A DNA stretch of 64,000 nucleotides, taken from contig NC_087436.1 of assembly GCF_036321535.1 (NCBI RefSeq), forward strand, positions 94,056,001-94,120,000, read 5' to 3'. The position numbers and the translations under genes were made by a program. Shown here piece after piece: positions 26,389 through 39,170 of this stretch (position 1 is the stretch's first letter; every line of letters begins with the position of its first letter). This DNA is from Camelus dromedarius. Lineage: Eukaryota. The notes under the pieces were generated by a model, which worked only from the letters and a program-made list of their open reading frames with translations, was not told the origin of the DNA and did no database searches.

Positions 26389-27109
26389 AAACTCCCCCAA
26401 GTCAGGGCTAGTATTTTTTCCTTTTTACCTCTCTTTATCATACATTGACATTCATTAACTGCTATCTCTTTGAATCTCTGGTTGAAATGAGTCCATTTTT
26501 TCTTATGTATTTTTCCTTGAATCAGTAATGTTGAATTCTGAAATCCAAGATGGGGAGGATGTACACAGACCTCTAAGTTCTCAGAATGAAACCCTCAACG
26601 GCACCTGCTTCTTTAAACGTGATGAAAGTGAAAAAGGGCAGCAGGTCTGGTAGTGAGTGAGGTGAGGGACAAGGACCCGGCAGGCTCATTCTCACACCCT
26701 TGGGCCTCAAGCCTCTGATCTCACTTCTTCTGAGCCAGTTTTCTCAGAATTAGAAGGCCCTTTCTTGCTCTGTAGGACCTCAAGAGTAAGAGTCAAAATG
26801 TGGTTTTCCTTTTAGAAGCAGTGGGAAATGTTGGCACAGAAACCTAACTGTAGACTTGCCTTCCCTGATAATCTCTGGGGAGACCCCATCCATCCCCACG
26901 TGGTTCCTTTTGAAAGGCAGGCAGAGGGAGTACCTGCCACCTCCCCTCTCTTCCTCTTGGGTAGCACCTCGCTACCTATATGGAGAGAGCATTAGTTTGC
27001 CAGGAGAGCCCCTTACTGCTGAACTGTTTTTAAAGATATTGAGAAACTGATGGACCTCTCTCGGTGACTGGGAATGATTGACCCGCGTCCCCTCTTCCTT
27101 CTCTTGCAG

Positions 27110-27306
27110 TGGCCATCCCTGCCATCGGGGCCCAGTATTCCATGTTCCAGGCTGCTCCAGCTCCTAAAATGATGGAAGATGGCAAAATCCACACAATGGA
27201 GCACATGATCAGCCCCATCGCTGTGCAGCCCGACCCAGCCAGCGCCGCCGCAGCTGCGGCCGCCGCCGCGGTCATTCCTGCTGTGTCCACGCCGCCGCCT
27301 TTCCAG
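27110..27306 (+). CDS. RBM47: RBM47 coding exon 3 with poly-Ala tract
   Basis: cttccttctcttgCAG acceptor; [13 protein letters not shown]...[24 protein letters not shown]; donor CAG|GTAGGG; frame consistent with both neighbours. Confidence 0.96.
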
Positions 27307-28179
27307 GTAGGGTCCTTGCTGCAGCCACTGGCTCTTGTGTGAGGCCTCGTTTATCACTGATTCATTTAATATTCGACAGGAGAATTATACTGTGTGCCTC
27401 GCTGTCTGTTAAAACTGTGGGATTGGGTGACAGAGAAGTTTTTTAAGATCAGTCATGACAGGATGGATAAGTTTTAAATAATAATTGTACCACCCTACTA
27501 TCACTGTATTAAAGATGGGAAGCAATATGCAAAAATGACATAATTTCTCACGGTGTCATAATATTTAACGTCTATTTTTTAATGACACTGGGTTTTTCAC
27601 TCATGTTCTTATTGTTAAGGAGCTGACACAGAAAGTCCAAGGAGATATTTCACATTTTTACATCCCAGATTATAGTTCAATGAAGCTTTTTTTTAAGTTC
27701 TGCCCCTCCTTTCCCCTCCTCCCAGAATATATACATATATATACATATATGTGTGTGTGCCTGTAGAGAGAAATGTCTGTAGAGTCAAAGGTATATGAAA
27801 CTTTACAAAATTTGCCTGTAATCCTTTCTTCCAACCACAGCCAACTATTCCTGTGTCTCCTCCCAGTCCAGTCCCAGCCTCCTTCCCCACCTGTACTCAG
27901 AGTGTTCTCTCTGTGGTTTCTTCAGTCTCATCTCGTCTCTAGAATCTTTCCCGTCCACCTCACTCAGAAATCATCTCTCCTGTACTTCTCCTACGGTGTT
28001 AGTTGGCATTTGACTGCCAGTGTGTTCCATGTCCCCAGTTAAAACAAAACTCTCCCAGACCAAGAGCTATGGCTTGTATTTCATTGTATCCGCAACACGT
28101 AGCACACAAGGAATACTTGTAAACAACACGTCACTCATCCAGACAGGAAAATAATCTTATTAAAGCTATCCTTTGTGAC

Positions 28180-28400
28180 GCAGTGAATCTCAAATACGTT
28201 ATCAAACGACAAGCGTAAATACTCAGGCGGAGGGTGTCTCTTATCTAATTGGATAAGAATTATCCAGGTAACTTGTTTATAAAACAGAGATTCTTAGCCT
28301 CAAACCCCAGAAGAGTCCAATTCAGCAGAACTGGGCTGGGTTCTAGAATCCATATTTTGTTCCAGCTCCTCGGTGATGCTGGAACAGAGCCAGGCTTGGG
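28180..28400. mobile_element. MER5-like MITE
   Basis: cagtgaatctcaaa...aaacagagattc...ctagaatccatattt...ggtgatgct. Confidence 0.55.
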
Positions 28401-28440
28401 AGCCCTTGCTGTTTACTTGCTGTTGCCCACTCAGCACCAA

Positions 28441-28650
28441 TCTTTTTTTTTTTTTTTAACTTGACATATAGTCAGTTACAATGTGTCAATTTCTGATATA
28501 CAGCATTAATGTCTCAGTCATGCATATATACATGTATTCTTTTTCATATTCTTTTTCATTAAAGATTACTATAAGACATTGAATATAGTTCCCTGTGCTA
28601 TACAGAAGAATTTTTTAAAATCTATTTTTATATATAGTGGTTAACATTTT
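28441..28650 (-). mobile_element. Short younger L1 3' end
   Basis: poly-T then atatagtcagttacaatgtgtcaatttctg...ccctgtgctatacag; degenerate TSD agcaccaatctt / agcatcagtctt. Confidence 0.8.
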
Positions 28651-29619
28651 GAGCATCAGTCTTGACTGCATTATCCAGAATGGGTCAGACTGACGTTTAT
28701 TTATCAGTATATCATCAAGTATTCTTTAACTTGGGACTTCCAAAAGCCCAAAAAAGGAATAGGTTGGAAATGACACACTGTAGTTTTCACTGTGGCCTGA
28801 CTATAAACATATACAGTAACCTACAAGCATTACTTAGTGGAATTCTGCTAATAATTTTTAATCCCTTTTTACTAAGAAATTTGTGAACTTTCATCTTTGC
28901 TGTCTGGTCTGAGTTCTGGTCGGGCCCAAATTCCAGGCTTCGTGATCAGGTTCTGGGTCTCAGGCCATTTCTATCTTGTATGAGTCTGCACTGGATGCTG
29001 CCCTTAGGGTCTTCTTTCAGAGTTGCGGTTTGTGAATTTGTTACACGTACTGTCATTATCAGTTGATTCCTATGGAGATTTTTTTCTCCTTCAGTATGTT
29101 CTGCAGAATGCCTGGCACTGCTTACTTTGTAACCTGAGTGTGGCCTCTTTGAGTGTGTGCAGTCCTGCTGCTGTCCCTCAAATCTCAGTACTCTGTGTCC
29201 TGCCTCCAAGTTCCTTGACCAGGGTTCTCTGACACATCCAGTCCTCCGCCTCCTCTGTATTCTCTGCCAGACTGCAGCAGGGGAAGGAGCAATTTAAGCT
29301 CTATGGATTGGTGAACAGGACACATTTTGGAGTGGAGCCACGCTGGAAGTCAGTTCCCAGCATGGCTTCCAGAACCTTCCTGTGGAACACCTCCAATCTT
29401 CCTCCTCTGTTTTGCCTCTGGGGTGTTCCTATATAGGCAGTTTATATCCCAAGTTTCATATTGCTTTTACAAGCAATAAAAAAAGTTTGCTGGTGTAGAC
29501 AATCACTTGATTCATATTGACTTCTCAAAGTGTTCTTAATCATCACAACAAGTCAAGTATAGGTAGAGCAAAGAGAAGCCTTCCTTTATTTGTTCTTAAG
29601 TGCTTCCTCTATTTTTCCA

Positions 29620-29747
29620 ATTATTTTATTTGTTTATTTATTTATAAATGGAGGTAGTGAGGATTGAACCCAGGACCTCATATATGTTAAGTATAGTATA
29701 CACTCTACCACTGAGTACACACTCTACCACTGAGCTATACCCACCCC
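29620..29747 (-). mobile_element. tRNA-derived SINE (camelid Vic-1-like) with internal duplication
   Basis: Antisense B box (gattgaacccaggacctc) and A box (ctaccactgagctatac), (TTTA)n tail. Confidence 0.8.
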
Positions 29748-31728
29748 GCCAACCATTCTGTTTTTGAGAGGAGGGAAAATGAAGTCTTTTTTTCTCTTTC
29801 TCCCCCAGTTCCCATGCTCAGCCCAACCCCATCTCACTCACCTGAGCCCAGGTGTTGGGCTAGACTATAGTACGTGAAAATTTTCTGTCAGATGTCACCT
29901 TCCCTGCAATTCCTTCCCTTTGTGCATTTGTCATTAAACAGATTTCCACACATTTGGAAAAGATGGCTTGTGTCTTGCCTATGAACGTTTCTCTCCCTGG
30001 TTGTAAAGTGCTGCTAATGAGATGTTCATTGCGGCTGTGTTGTAGGAGGCAGGAGAAGGCAAGGCTAAAAGCGCAGATTCCAGAGTCCCACATTCTGTTG
30101 CTTAAAAGCTGTCACCTTGTGCAAGTCGTTTAAAACATCCAGACTTCTCCATATAATCATAGTACCAGCTTTGTTGGTGGCTGTGATGATTCAATAATGT
30201 CATACAACTAAGGCACTTAGAATAGTGTCTAGCAAACTATGATCTCTGTTATTGTTATTGTTTAGTATAGTTATTATTTTGGTTACAGTTAAAAAAATGA
30301 CTCAGATTATGAAATTCCTTTGAATGTAATTTTGTGACTCAAATTTTCAGATTTTGTAGAGGAATGATAAGTAAATTCCTTTATAAAAATCATTTTTAAA
30401 ATCTAATTCTCCATTTCATATATCCTGAGTTGTTTCTTTTGAAGTTACGTTAAGACAGAGAGACCATAGCCCCATGTGCTACAGGGCATTCTATGGAACA
30501 TATGGTAAACCAGATATTTTGGGGTTTGGGTTTTTTTTTTTAATTAAATTTTAATTCAAGCTTTAAATTTAAAATGTTTCTGAAGCTGATGAAACTTCAA
30601 AATGGAACATCATAAAATGAAAAAAAATTCAATATATTCTCCTTAAACAGCCAAACACAGCCTTCAAACACAAAAGCACTAACAGTTGATGCCTTGGCTT
30701 ATTTTGACAAACTGTTCATATTTTAATTAAAATAAAAATGTGTAAATTCTGCTACACAGCTTATCACAATGCTTAATATACACAGAAAATGTGACTTTAG
30801 TGCATACCACTAGCAAAAGTACCAGATATTTTGTTAAATGTATGTTTTATTTTACCAAAAACCCCCTTTTCCATAAAGCAGCTGGCAGAATTCACTCCAT
30901 ATCAAACGCTTTGGGAAATCCTGAACCACAGTCTGCCCTGCCTACTCTTATTTGTTCTGGAGACACATATGTTGCACTTCCCAGTGGAGGGAAGGAAGTG
31001 GCAGGAAGTCACAGAGCCCCACTTCCTCCTCATGTGGAAACCCCACCTTGCCCTTCCAACCCCATCTCCAGTGTCTCCACTTCTGAGATGCTTTCTCCAT
31101 CTCCAAGTTAGTTAGTTCCTTCTCTCACCTTCCACAGCAATTTGTGAATATAGTGGTGTCCTATTTTAGGCAGGAGGTGGTAGAAACGATCACATTTGCT
31201 GAAAATTGTGTATGGTCACAATTTCTTTAGGTCACAGCTTAAGAAGCTGGCCCTTGGGAGATCTCTGGACTTTGGTAAAGTTCTCCCAGACCATGCTCCT
31301 CTCCGATCTTGAAACATCCTGTGCCTTCAGTTAAGTATGAGTTGAGGCAGCTGGCATGTATTTTAGGGAAAATACTCACTCTTAATTACAGTGAGATCAA
31401 CTGAGGAAAGGGTGGATCTCAACCCCCGTCTCTAGCTCACTCCGGGGCATAGGCTAGTTCAGTGTGATGGTGGGCAGAAGATTCCAGAGTGTTTAAACTT
31501 CCCCTGAGGCTTCCACCTCTGCCACTTTCACCAGCTGAGTCCCAGTGAGCCGTGAGGGTGCAGCTCCGCCTACTGATCACCCTCCCGTAGTATGACTGCT
31601 CACCTCTCAGCCTCCCCGCCCTGAGGAAGGAGAGCTTTGCTTTCAGTCTTCTCCGACCCCAGGGAGTGGAATGAATGAATGGATGGGTCCTCCACATGGT
31701 CAGTAAGGCTCCTCTCTCTCATCCTCAG

Positions 31729-31968
31729 GGCCGCCCAATAACTCCAGTGTACACGGTGGCCCCAAACGTTCAGAGAATTCCCACGGCCGGGATCTACGGG
31801 GCCAGTTACGTGCCCTTTGCTGCTCCGGCCACTGCCACGATCGCCACACTACAGAAGAACGCGGCGGCCGCCGCCGCCGTGTACGGGGGCTACGCGGGCT
31901 ACATACCTCAGGCCTTCCCGGCCGCTGCGATCCAGGTGCCCATCCACGACGTGTACCAGACGTACTAA
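31729..31968 (+). CDS. RBM47: RBM47 last coding exon
   Basis: ctctctctcatcctCAG acceptor; [18 protein letters not shown]...IHDVYQTY then TAA at 31966-31968. Confidence 0.96.
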   Translation, partial: GRPITPVYTVAPNVQRIPTAGIYGASYVPFAAPATATIATLQKNAAAAAAVYGGYAGYIPQAFPAAAIQVPIHDVYQTY

Positions 31969-32331
31969 GGCCCGCGCCGCCGCCGCCGCCGCCGAAGGGA
32001 CACTTCACTATTTATGAAGAAAGCGCTCGTTGGGTTCCCACGCACAGGAAACCTGACCGCGGAGAATGTTATCAGATATACTGGAATATTTTATATACAT
32101 GAAGTTTTCACTAGTTTTTTAAAGACTCCTTTCAGTTTTAGCAGGCCCATGTTCATACATTTCTAAGAGACTTGCAATGGTTCGTGCCTTAAACACTGTC
32201 TTTTAAAAATTTGTACTCTATAGTACATTTGTATAGAGGCTTTTTTGTATTTTTAAGGATATATTTTCAGTATGAAGGTTATTTTCTTAACTGCTGCACT
32301 CCAGAGACTTCTATTTTGTAGTACCTACAAT

Positions 32332-32337
32332 AATAAA
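32332..32337 (+). terminator. Candidate proximal polyadenylation signal AATAAA
   Basis: Canonical hexamer with upstream TGTA (32317); downstream element weak. Confidence 0.35.
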
Positions 32338-34509
32338 TGTATCAACTATGTATTAAGAAGCACACTTGAGCAGCTAGGGAACTGTTTTGAAAAATATAGT
32401 CAATATTTAAAGATACAAACAATAGTGCTTTTAAAAAATACTACATAAAACATTATTTTCAAAGTTATACTGGAAAGTGCAATTTTAAAATGAGTGAAAC
32501 CTCTACTTCTGCTGGAATTAAGGGTTGACGGGTGTTGCCATGTGTTACCCAGGACGGTTCTATTCTGTACACTCGATCTCTCCTTAAGCCAACGTTGAAA
32601 AGACTTGTCACACTTCTGAGTCCAAACACTGGAAAGCTCTCACCAGCCACCTTCCTCCTGGGCCCCTGCTCATTCTCCGTGTGCCTTTGCTCTTAGATTT
32701 GTTCCCTCCCCTCCCTTCCCTATTCACCCTCTCCCCTGATTCCCAGGCCCACCTCCGTGTTTGGCAAGACTAGGACAAATTAATTACTCTGACAGAGAAA
32801 ACATTTATAGCTTTTATACTTCTTCTTGGGTTTTTGTTGGGGTTTTTTGTTTTATTGTGTGTTGGGGGGGGTTGTTGGGGTTTTTTTGGTTTGGTTTGGG
32901 AGGTATTTTTAATAGCAGAGTATGTGTAAGCACAAGACTTTAATAGTTTGCATAGGACATCTTTGCATAGCTATTTAATTGTCCAGTATACAACTTTCAT
33001 TCCCTTCCTAATGCTTTTATTATATTTGTTTTGAAGTATGAGTTCGTAGAGACAGAGAATGTTATTGTCGACAAGACCCCAAAGGACTCTTGTCGCAAAA
33101 AGTACTACTTCTAGTTACCTTATCATGTTTCATGCAAAATGTCTGTGGTTGTCAAGGGTTTTGGAAATACTATGTTTATTGTATGGGGCTCCCCGCCTTT
33201 GCCATGCACGTGGCAGGTGAACTGAATTGGGGTGCGCACATCCAGGAGGAGGAGGAGAGACCCACAGGAGTTAAAAGATAGATTGTAAATATTTCCTAAT
33301 GCATATTTTTAGTTGTTTTATGTTGCAGAAGTTCATGGTATATAGTTTAATGCACAATGAAACCATTTTATTTCAATGTTATTAAAAAGTTTTGTTTTAT
33401 TAGGAAGTAAATGTATTGTTGCAGTGTTTTGTGCCTGTTTAAAGGCCTTTTTGTTTGTTTTAACAGAGTGAATGTAAAATACAGTAAAATGTTAAGATTG
33501 TCATCGACTTTATGGAATACATAACTTGGAATTTTTTTTTCGTAAAAGTTCTATCAAGGAAGTGAGGTGTGCAATAGGTGACAAGGACACTGTTGTGTTT
33601 TTATGTCATAGTAGAGATTCCATCAAATCTTTCCACTCACTGAACTTTTGCTGATGGCTGAATTTTTATTTGTGGATTAATAATAGGATCCTGCCCTTAG
33701 CAAAATGTTTTAGTTTTGTTTTACATTTTAAATTAAGAGATTCCCAAATGCCCTCTTTCCCCTCATCTTAGGGTGGGATGAATTTTTTATATATAAGCAA
33801 TATTTATTTAACTATTCTATAAAATTATTGAGTGCCTGCAAAGGCCTTTAAACATTCCTAACATTCCTTTCCATCGTTCTTAAATGACAGAAAGTAATTG
33901 TGCAATGTTCCTGATGGTGTACCCAGCAAGCTGCATCCAAACTCAAATCTGTTGTAATGAGTAATCCAACAAAATGCAGTTTGGATTAGATCCCCATCCC
34001 TTGGCTTTGTGTGAAAGAAGTACTCTCCTACTCTCATTCCAGTGAAGGATTGGTTAGCCCAGAGGTTCACTGGATGAGACTCTGATCCAGAGGTCTTACT
34101 GTATTTTACATGTGCCTGTAAATTATTTGCAAAAAAAAAAAGAAAAAAGAAAAAAAGAAAAAATGATGTCTTAACATGGCAATTTACCAAACTACCTTAA
34201 AAACCAGTGTTGGTAACATAGCCAGTTAAGTATCAGTGAGCCTCCCATCTGTGGTCTGTCTGTTCCTGTTGTTTCAAAACCATTTCACATACGTACACTA
34301 CTGAGGTAAGTTTATAACTTGAAATGTGAACTTTTTTTTTTTAGGGTTAAGAACAAACTATATAAAATGTAAAAAAAAGCTTTCTTGTTCTCTGTTTTCA
34401 AACATGCTAGCAGTTTAGTTGTTATCTTTAGTTGCTTTGTATTTGAAAAGCTTTTAAGTTTATTTAGATTTTGCTTCATTTACAATACATTCTTAGGATG
34501 TATGTAGTA

Positions 34510-34515
34510 AATAAA
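34510..34515 (+). terminator. Distal polyadenylation signal AATAAA
   Basis: AATAAA preceded by TGTA motifs (tgtatgta) and followed by GT/T-rich sequence at ~34551-34588. Confidence 0.8.
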
Positions 34516-36429
34516 GCTTTCTTTAAAGCAATTTCAAGACCTTATTTTAAATTGTGTTTTCTTTATACACATTCTTTTTTTTTTTTTTCCTAACAAAGTT
34601 AGAAAAACCCTTACAGTGTGGAAGGAATTGACTAGTTCACTATTTTCAGATGGAGAAAATCGTATCTTTGATTTGGGATTACTAATGAAGATGAGGTACA
34701 TAGTAAAAATCATGTATTATCAATGTCCTCAAACTTGAGCCCAGGTGGTAGGAGGCTGAACACTCAAAGACTACTCAGCATCTGGATTGGAATAGGATCT
34801 GGCAAAGCCTGTCACTGCTCTCAGTACTGAAGTTTGTTTATAATCCCAAGAGCCTGACACTCAGAAATCTACATGGAGGCGGTTGATATGACGTTGAGCT
34901 GTTTGGTGGTCTTGTGAAAGTGCTGGGGTGACTTGAATGTCAGTCACCACATTGGAAACCAAAGCCTCCTGTTTCACCTTTTTACAGTGCCCAGCAAGGT
35001 CAGCAGAACACTTCCTTTTTCTCTAGAGATCGTTACTAACTTCAGATAGAATCCATCAGCAAAGCCAATCAAATGATTCAAGGGAAAGTGGTAGGTTGTC
35101 AATGGAATTACCTCTAAAAATTGCCCTGCCCCATGTGTCTTTGCTATTGACTAAGAATTTTACCTTCTTAGTCTCCAGCAGCCTGGGTTATGGCCTCCCG
35201 ACCCACATTTCTTAGAATTCTAACTTCCTACTTCCTCTTAAAGGATAAAGGCTTTTTCAGAGACAGAAGAGTCCAGGGAACTTCCCAAGATGACAGATCA
35301 TTGGGCAGTATTTTCAAGGGCAACAAGATTTGATGATTTCTTCTCGTTCTAGGAGAAAAGTAAAAACGCCCTTCAAGTTGCAGAATCAGAGTTTGATTGC
35401 TCTCGTTAGACGAAGAATTCACAATCTTATAAAATGCATATTACACCTACTAGCTGTTTGCTTGGCTTTGTTCGAGGTGCTGAGGTGGCTACAGCATGAA
35501 CAAAACCAACCAAATCTTACAGGCATAGAGCTTCCATTCCACTGGGGGAACACAGACAAAATGAGCAGGTAGACAGTGTGTTGGATGGGGATAAATGCAA
35601 TACTTGTGTGATTCATTAGGCTCTTTGGCTTCCATTATCTCAGGACCACACAATAACTCAGTGAAGCAGGCAGGGCAGACATCTGACCCTGCCAAGGTCC
35701 CATAGCTGGTAAGAACCAAGACCGAAATCTGGGCTCAGACTCCCAAGTCACAGATTCTGACAGCACACTGACCCTTGAAATGGACCGATTTGGTAGTTCC
35801 AACAACCTACTTCAAAGCCTACAAAAAGAAAGGAAAAGCTTTTCTGCAGGTGTGGTTTCTTTAGTGTTTCCATGTGCAGCCTTATGCCTTGGGGGATGGG
35901 AACCGAAGGTAGAGTGGCTGAAATGCCTGCTTTCAGCCCAGAAGACAGAGCTCTAGGTGGGCTGTTAAAATTGTATATACTGGTAGATTTAAGGAATTTG
36001 ATCTATAATGGTGTTTCAAGGATTCTGGAGGGAGCTAAAGAACTATTGTAGTAAGTCCACCATACCCTTCTGATTCTTCACTAGACTACATGCCCCATTT
36101 TTAAATTCCAAGACTATCTGTCATGACAACCTGCATGAGCACTTATTTAGATGAAAGTCAAAACAACTAGAAAGCAAAATTCTAATTTTTCTTTTCTGGT
36201 GAAGGATAATCCTATGGACAGTCCAACATTTATTGGGTGCTGTGACATGGCCTGCACTGTGCTCAGTGTACTTTATAACTAATCATACTGGCTTACTGGG
36301 TCCTGTTAAGGGCATTAGGGTTCTTGACTATTTAAAAGAGATGTATATCGTATATTGCATGATCTTATTTTTATTATTACATGATATCTTTATTATAAAG
36401 TCTTCTGGACACTCAACCTTTTATTGGAG

Positions 36430-36540
36430 TGGGTTTTTTAAAATATATTTTTGTTGAAGTATAGTCAGTTTACAATGTTGTGTCAGTTTCTGGTGTACAG
36501 CACAATACTTCAGTCATATAGGAACATATATTAGTTTTCA
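36430..36540 (-). mobile_element. Very short L1 3' end
   Basis: ttgaagtatagtcagtttacaatgttgtgtcagtttctggtgtacagc. Confidence 0.75.
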
Positions 36541-36929
36541 GGTTTTTTTAAAAACACAAAATGTGACATTTTGGCATGGCTGTTTTGATGAAATCACATT
36601 TTGATACAATGACCCTAAGAAAAGATAGGTCTTCAGCTTAAAAATTACTGGATAGGACAGCACAGATGTACTCACTTTATCCTTGCCCTCCCACTTATTA
36701 ACACACTGCCCATCACTCTGACCGTCCAGGGTCAAGGGCAGATTAGGTTTAAAGGTAGAATGAGATTCAGGAAATGTTCACAAGTGTTTTGCTCAATTCC
36801 AAGTTCTAAGCTGTCAGGTTGGATACAGCCTTTTCTTCTCTTTCCCCTCATTGGTCTTCCCTCTCTAGCTGCCCAGTATTCCTTTGTTTCCTAACTCCTC
36901 ACACCAAAATGTAGGCAAGCACCGTGGCC

Positions 36930-37135
36930 TAGTGGAACTAGGCTGGGTCTGCAGTCAGGCTGCCCAGAGGGGGAACCCCCAGCTTTGCTATTTACCGCCC
37001 ATGTGACCTTGGAAAAGACGTCTTGCCTCTCTGAACACCAGTTTCTTAATTTGTAAAACAGAGCTAATAATCCTGACTGACTTAAGGTTATTGTGGAAAC
37101 GAGATGAGTTAATGAATCTTTTAAAAGCCTGGGAC
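36930..37135 (+). mobile_element. MIR SINE
   Basis: tgtgaccttggaaaag...ctctgaacaccagtttcttaatttgtaaaa. Confidence 0.7.
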
Positions 37136-37776
37136 GTCGTAGACAGTTATTTCCTTTCTCTTCCTCTTTATAAACTGTAGTGTGAATGCATTCCACCACG
37201 TTAGCTTCATTAAGCCTTCCCACTTGACAGCCTTTATTCCTTTGTCCAGTCATGTATCTAATGCCAGCGATGTACCAGCACAGCATGAGGCACTGGAGAG
37301 ACAACTATCAACAAAATCGAGACCCTCTGCCCTCCAGAAACTCCCTGGCATGATAAGACAGTGTTGTAAGGGCTGTGAAGGGGAGGGGCACCCACCCAGG
37401 CTTGGGCAAGGGGTTAAAAAGACTGGGCATCTGAGGGACAGGGTGAGTAGGAGTTTGGGCAGATGGGCGGGGAGAGGAGGGAACCGGAAATGCCCAGGCC
37501 CAGAAGAAAAAGCATGGTCTATTCAAGAACCTGAAAGAAGTTTGGAGAAAGGGTGTGGAGTGAAGAAACACAACCTTTGTTCCCTTCAACACTAGACATA
37601 GTTAACCGTGTTAACTGGAGAAGGAAGAGATTTGGTCCCGATAACAAGGAAGTAGGAGGGACCCTAAATTATTCCAGTTTAGGACTTTGTGTCTCTCAGG
37701 AAATGGCGTCACCCTGCCTTTATCTAAACTGGGAGGCTGAGGGATTGTCCAGCAGTCAACAGCATGATGCGTCTGA

Positions 37777-37795
37777 GCACTCCCCCTAGTGGACA
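37777..37795 (-). promoter_or_regulatory. Candidate CTCF site
   Basis: Reverse complement TGTCCACTAGGGGGAGTGC is close to the CTCF core consensus. Confidence 0.55.
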
Positions 37796-38959
37796 ACTCC
37801 CTCTCTTCCTTCTTCCTGACCTCCGGTGATGCCCACCAACCCTGATCTTCCCATGGGACAGTTTGTAGGGGCAGCCAAGTCTCGTAGGGTTATCCACCCC
37901 TGGGTTCTTTAGATCCAGATTTCAGCCTCTGGGACCTTCCATCCTTTCCTCTCCGGAGTGATACAGCAGCTACATGCATCCAGCAGGTTGTCCCCACTCT
38001 GCCTCAGGAAGCCCTACAGGAATGCAACCTTCTTGGCAAAGGTGATGGAGGCCTGTGGTCCTCCAGATGACTGCGAGGGTGGAGGAGGGTCCCAAGTAAA
38101 ATCTCCAGAGACGCACTGGCTTTCTCAATGAGATTATATTTCCCTGTCACTCCATTCTTCACAATTATACCCGCAATCAAAAGCAACACCAAACCCTTCA
38201 TTTGCAAGAAATATGACCTTTCCTGAGCTAATTTTTAGCTGCCCTTCCTTCTTGGCTTGTTCTGCTTTGTTTGTCAAAAATCTTCATTAATGATTAACCA
38301 ACCACGAGGCTTGAATAGGCCTTAGTCATTCTGAGGCGGGTAAGACAAGTTGCTGGCGCCCAATTGTTCCTGAGATGACCTTGCTGGGGGTGCTGGGTCA
38401 AGACACTTTGAGCTCATGGTACCATGATAACCTTCATGCCAGTTCTGTTTTGCTGGGATTTTTCCTCTCCTTTTTCAGGACTTTTATTCCAAACAGTGGT
38501 GGCACCAGGGAATGGTACTTCTATCAGCTTCTCCAGCTTCACCCCCAACTCCAATTCAAATATGGTCATCGGACACATCCTCAGTCATACAAAGTGGCAT
38601 GCAAGCTCACTTCCTGATAGACTCCTAGTCTCCCCTTTCCAAATAAGATGCTCTCCCAAGGGGAGAAATTCTGGAGATGCAACTAATTCTACACGTGCTC
38701 TAGCATTTACAGACGGCAGCATTCAGAACATGAGACAATCACAAAAATAACCTATTTAGCATAATTTCCCAACCCCTAAGTACAAATATCCAAGCCATTG
38801 AGTGCCCAGTCAAGGCCTGTCTCCTGTATTTCTGTTTCTTGTTTTCCTTATGTTTGGGAATAATGTTAAAAAGCCTTAGAGGGTGATCACTCAACAAGAA
38901 ATAAAATATGGCCGCCAGTAACTTACTAAATGTCAGGACATTTACATGGAGTTTTAAAA

Positions 38960-39170
38960 ACTTTTTATTAAAAAATAATACAGATACAGAATTATGCATA
39001 TATCGTATACAGCTTGATGACTTTTTGCAAACTGAGCACATCCGTGTAACCACATCCAGATGAAAACATGACCAACATGCCAAAAGCTTCCCTATGGCCC
39101 TTTCCAGCCACTACCTCCTCACCAAGAAGTCACCGTTCTGACTTCTAACAGCATAGATTAGTTTTACATG
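38960..39170 (-). mobile_element. Old L1ME-like 3' end
   Basis: tacagcttgatgactttttgcaaactgagcacatccgtgtaaccac...ttctgacttctaacagcatagattagtttt. Confidence 0.7.

Larger units (their letters stand above)
31969..34535 (+). other. RBM47: RBM47 3' UTR (~2.55 kb, AU-rich)
   Basis: AU-rich sequence with no recognisable transposon after the stop, up to the distal AATAAA and T-rich downstream element; end approximate. Confidence 0.8.
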
